From contig NC_068989.1 of assembly GCF_001194135.2 (NCBI RefSeq), positions 88,220,236-88,284,235 of the forward strand: a DNA stretch of 64,000 nucleotides, given 5' to 3'. A program made the translations under genes and the position numbers. Of this stretch, positions 62,521 through 64,000 are shown one piece after another (position 1 is the stretch's first letter; every line of letters begins with the position of its first letter). The notes under the pieces are model-generated. The model did no database searches, was not told where the DNA came from, and worked only from the letters and a program-made list of their open reading frames with translations. The stretch comes from Octopus bimaculoides. Taxonomy: Eukaryota.

Positions 62521-63334
62521 AAAAGTGGAGGCAGTGTTATGTGAGAAGTGTGTGATACACAGAGGTGCAGAAGGGGATGTTATGGAGGCCAAAGTGTGAG
62601 TGGTTTCATAGATGGTTTATAGAAGTAGAAGCCATTGGAGTAGCATTACAAGTGGGAAAGAGAAGAAACCATGTTGATGAGGGAATATTTATCGATCACT
62701 TAAGTAGCATTCTAGAGGGTCATAGCCATTGTCGTCATTATTTAGTAATAGACCTTTCCATGCTTGCATAGGTCAAACGGGGTTTGTTGAGGTAGATTTT
62801 CTATGGCTGGATGCTCTTCCTGTCGCCAACTCTCACTTGTTTACCCAAGCAAGGTAATATTTTCCATTGGCCAGATATGTTTTTCATGGAAGACTAGAAA
62901 CAAACACCGATTGTACCCAAAACAAGGGTACTCACACACACACACATATGATTTCAGTTTTCATCTACTAAACCCACTGCCAAGTCTTTGGTCAGTCTGG
63001 GGCTATAGTAGAAGACACCTGCCTAAAGTGCTGCACAAAGTGATTGAACCTGAGATCACATGGTTGGGAAGCAAGCTTCTTAACCACACAGCTGTAACTG
63101 CACCTATGTGGTGTACAAAATGATTGTGTGTAGCAGTAGCACCATTCCATGTTATAAACAGTGCTGCAACGTAAACCTTATAGATAGTCAGTAATTAATC
63201 ACGGTTGCAGTATTTCCTGTTACTAAAAGGGGAATGTTAATTTTGGCAATGTTAGATGAGTGAGGAGGTCACCAAGTAAGGTCATTTAGAGATTGCAAGG
63301 ATTCACATTTGTATCAACTTTGAAGGGTTTCAAG

Positions 63335-63430
63335 CAAGGGTTTTCAACCATATTTTTATCCATGGACTCCTTTGACTACGATTTTATTCAGGTGGACCCC
63401 CATAGCCATTCGATGTTTGAAAACTAGTTT
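63335..63430 (+). mobile_element. hAT MITE fragment (left end)
   Basis: caagggttttcaaccatatttttatccatggactcc resembles the 43115 and 53119 left ends. Confidence 0.45.
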
Positions 63431-64000
63431 TCTAGAAATGTCTTTCCTCTGGGCAGCTCCTGCAGTTTCTATCAGGGGCAAAGTATCTCCAGCGTTTATT
63501 TCACCTATATATAACATCATCATCATCATCACCACTTACTTCCCATTTTCCATGCTGGCATGGATTGGATGATTTGACAGGATCTGGCAAGTCACAGGGC
63601 TGAGCTGAACTCCAGAGTCAGTTGTGGAATGATTTCTATGGCTGGATACCTTTACTAACACCAACCGCCTTCCAGTATGTACTGGATGCATTTTTCAAGC
63701 CACAACTGAGCTTGCCAAGTGGCCTGCAAGACAGAAAAGAACAGGAAAGCAAAAAAACCCCATTACTAAGAGAGAGGGGTGCTTTATGCTCGATGCTGAG
63801 AGACTAAAGTATGACAGGGGGAGGAGCACAGGTGTCTTGCTATAGAGGAGATATATGGCTGCGCTATATTACATAAGAGTGAGTAGAAACAATTGAGAAG
63901 ATGAAGATAAAGAAAATGTCAGTGATGGTGTGTTAAAGCAACCCTTCAATGTATGAGAAGGTGAGCATAAGACAGGATATGGTCAGGTGATCATAGAAGG

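Overview
Eukaryotic, AT-rich, microsatellite- and SINE-saturated draft-assembly DNA with 15 N gaps. The repeat families and style suggest an octopus/coleoid cephalopod (inference, not verified). The window appears to be almost entirely intronic sequence of one minus-strand gene. Two short, phase-compatible coding exons (31082-31166 and 18779-18840) splice to MPQTPDKTKTPTERKRKRKNNVDNNCEAGAVLKVVRPEANGKKINEYFK, the conserved N-terminal 'TP..RKRK....KKI.EYF' region of Tousled-like kinase (TLK); no other TLK exon could be confidently found. The rest is at least four SINE-like families (informally A-D), hAT-type MITEs (one with a perfect 8-bp TSD), a Tc1/mariner transposase remnant, RTE LINE fragments, Penelope-like fragments and micro/minisatellites. 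Nearly all ORFs in the supplied track are repeat artefacts. The most notable finds are a type I hammerhead ribozyme motif with an intact core, palindromic stem III and an unusually long stem II (32889-32987, antisense to TLK), a candidate 2-nt microexon or recursive splice site (59712-59713), a composite SINE present at two loci, and a C/D-box-like intronic motif. All structures were read by eye; repeat boundaries are approximate.
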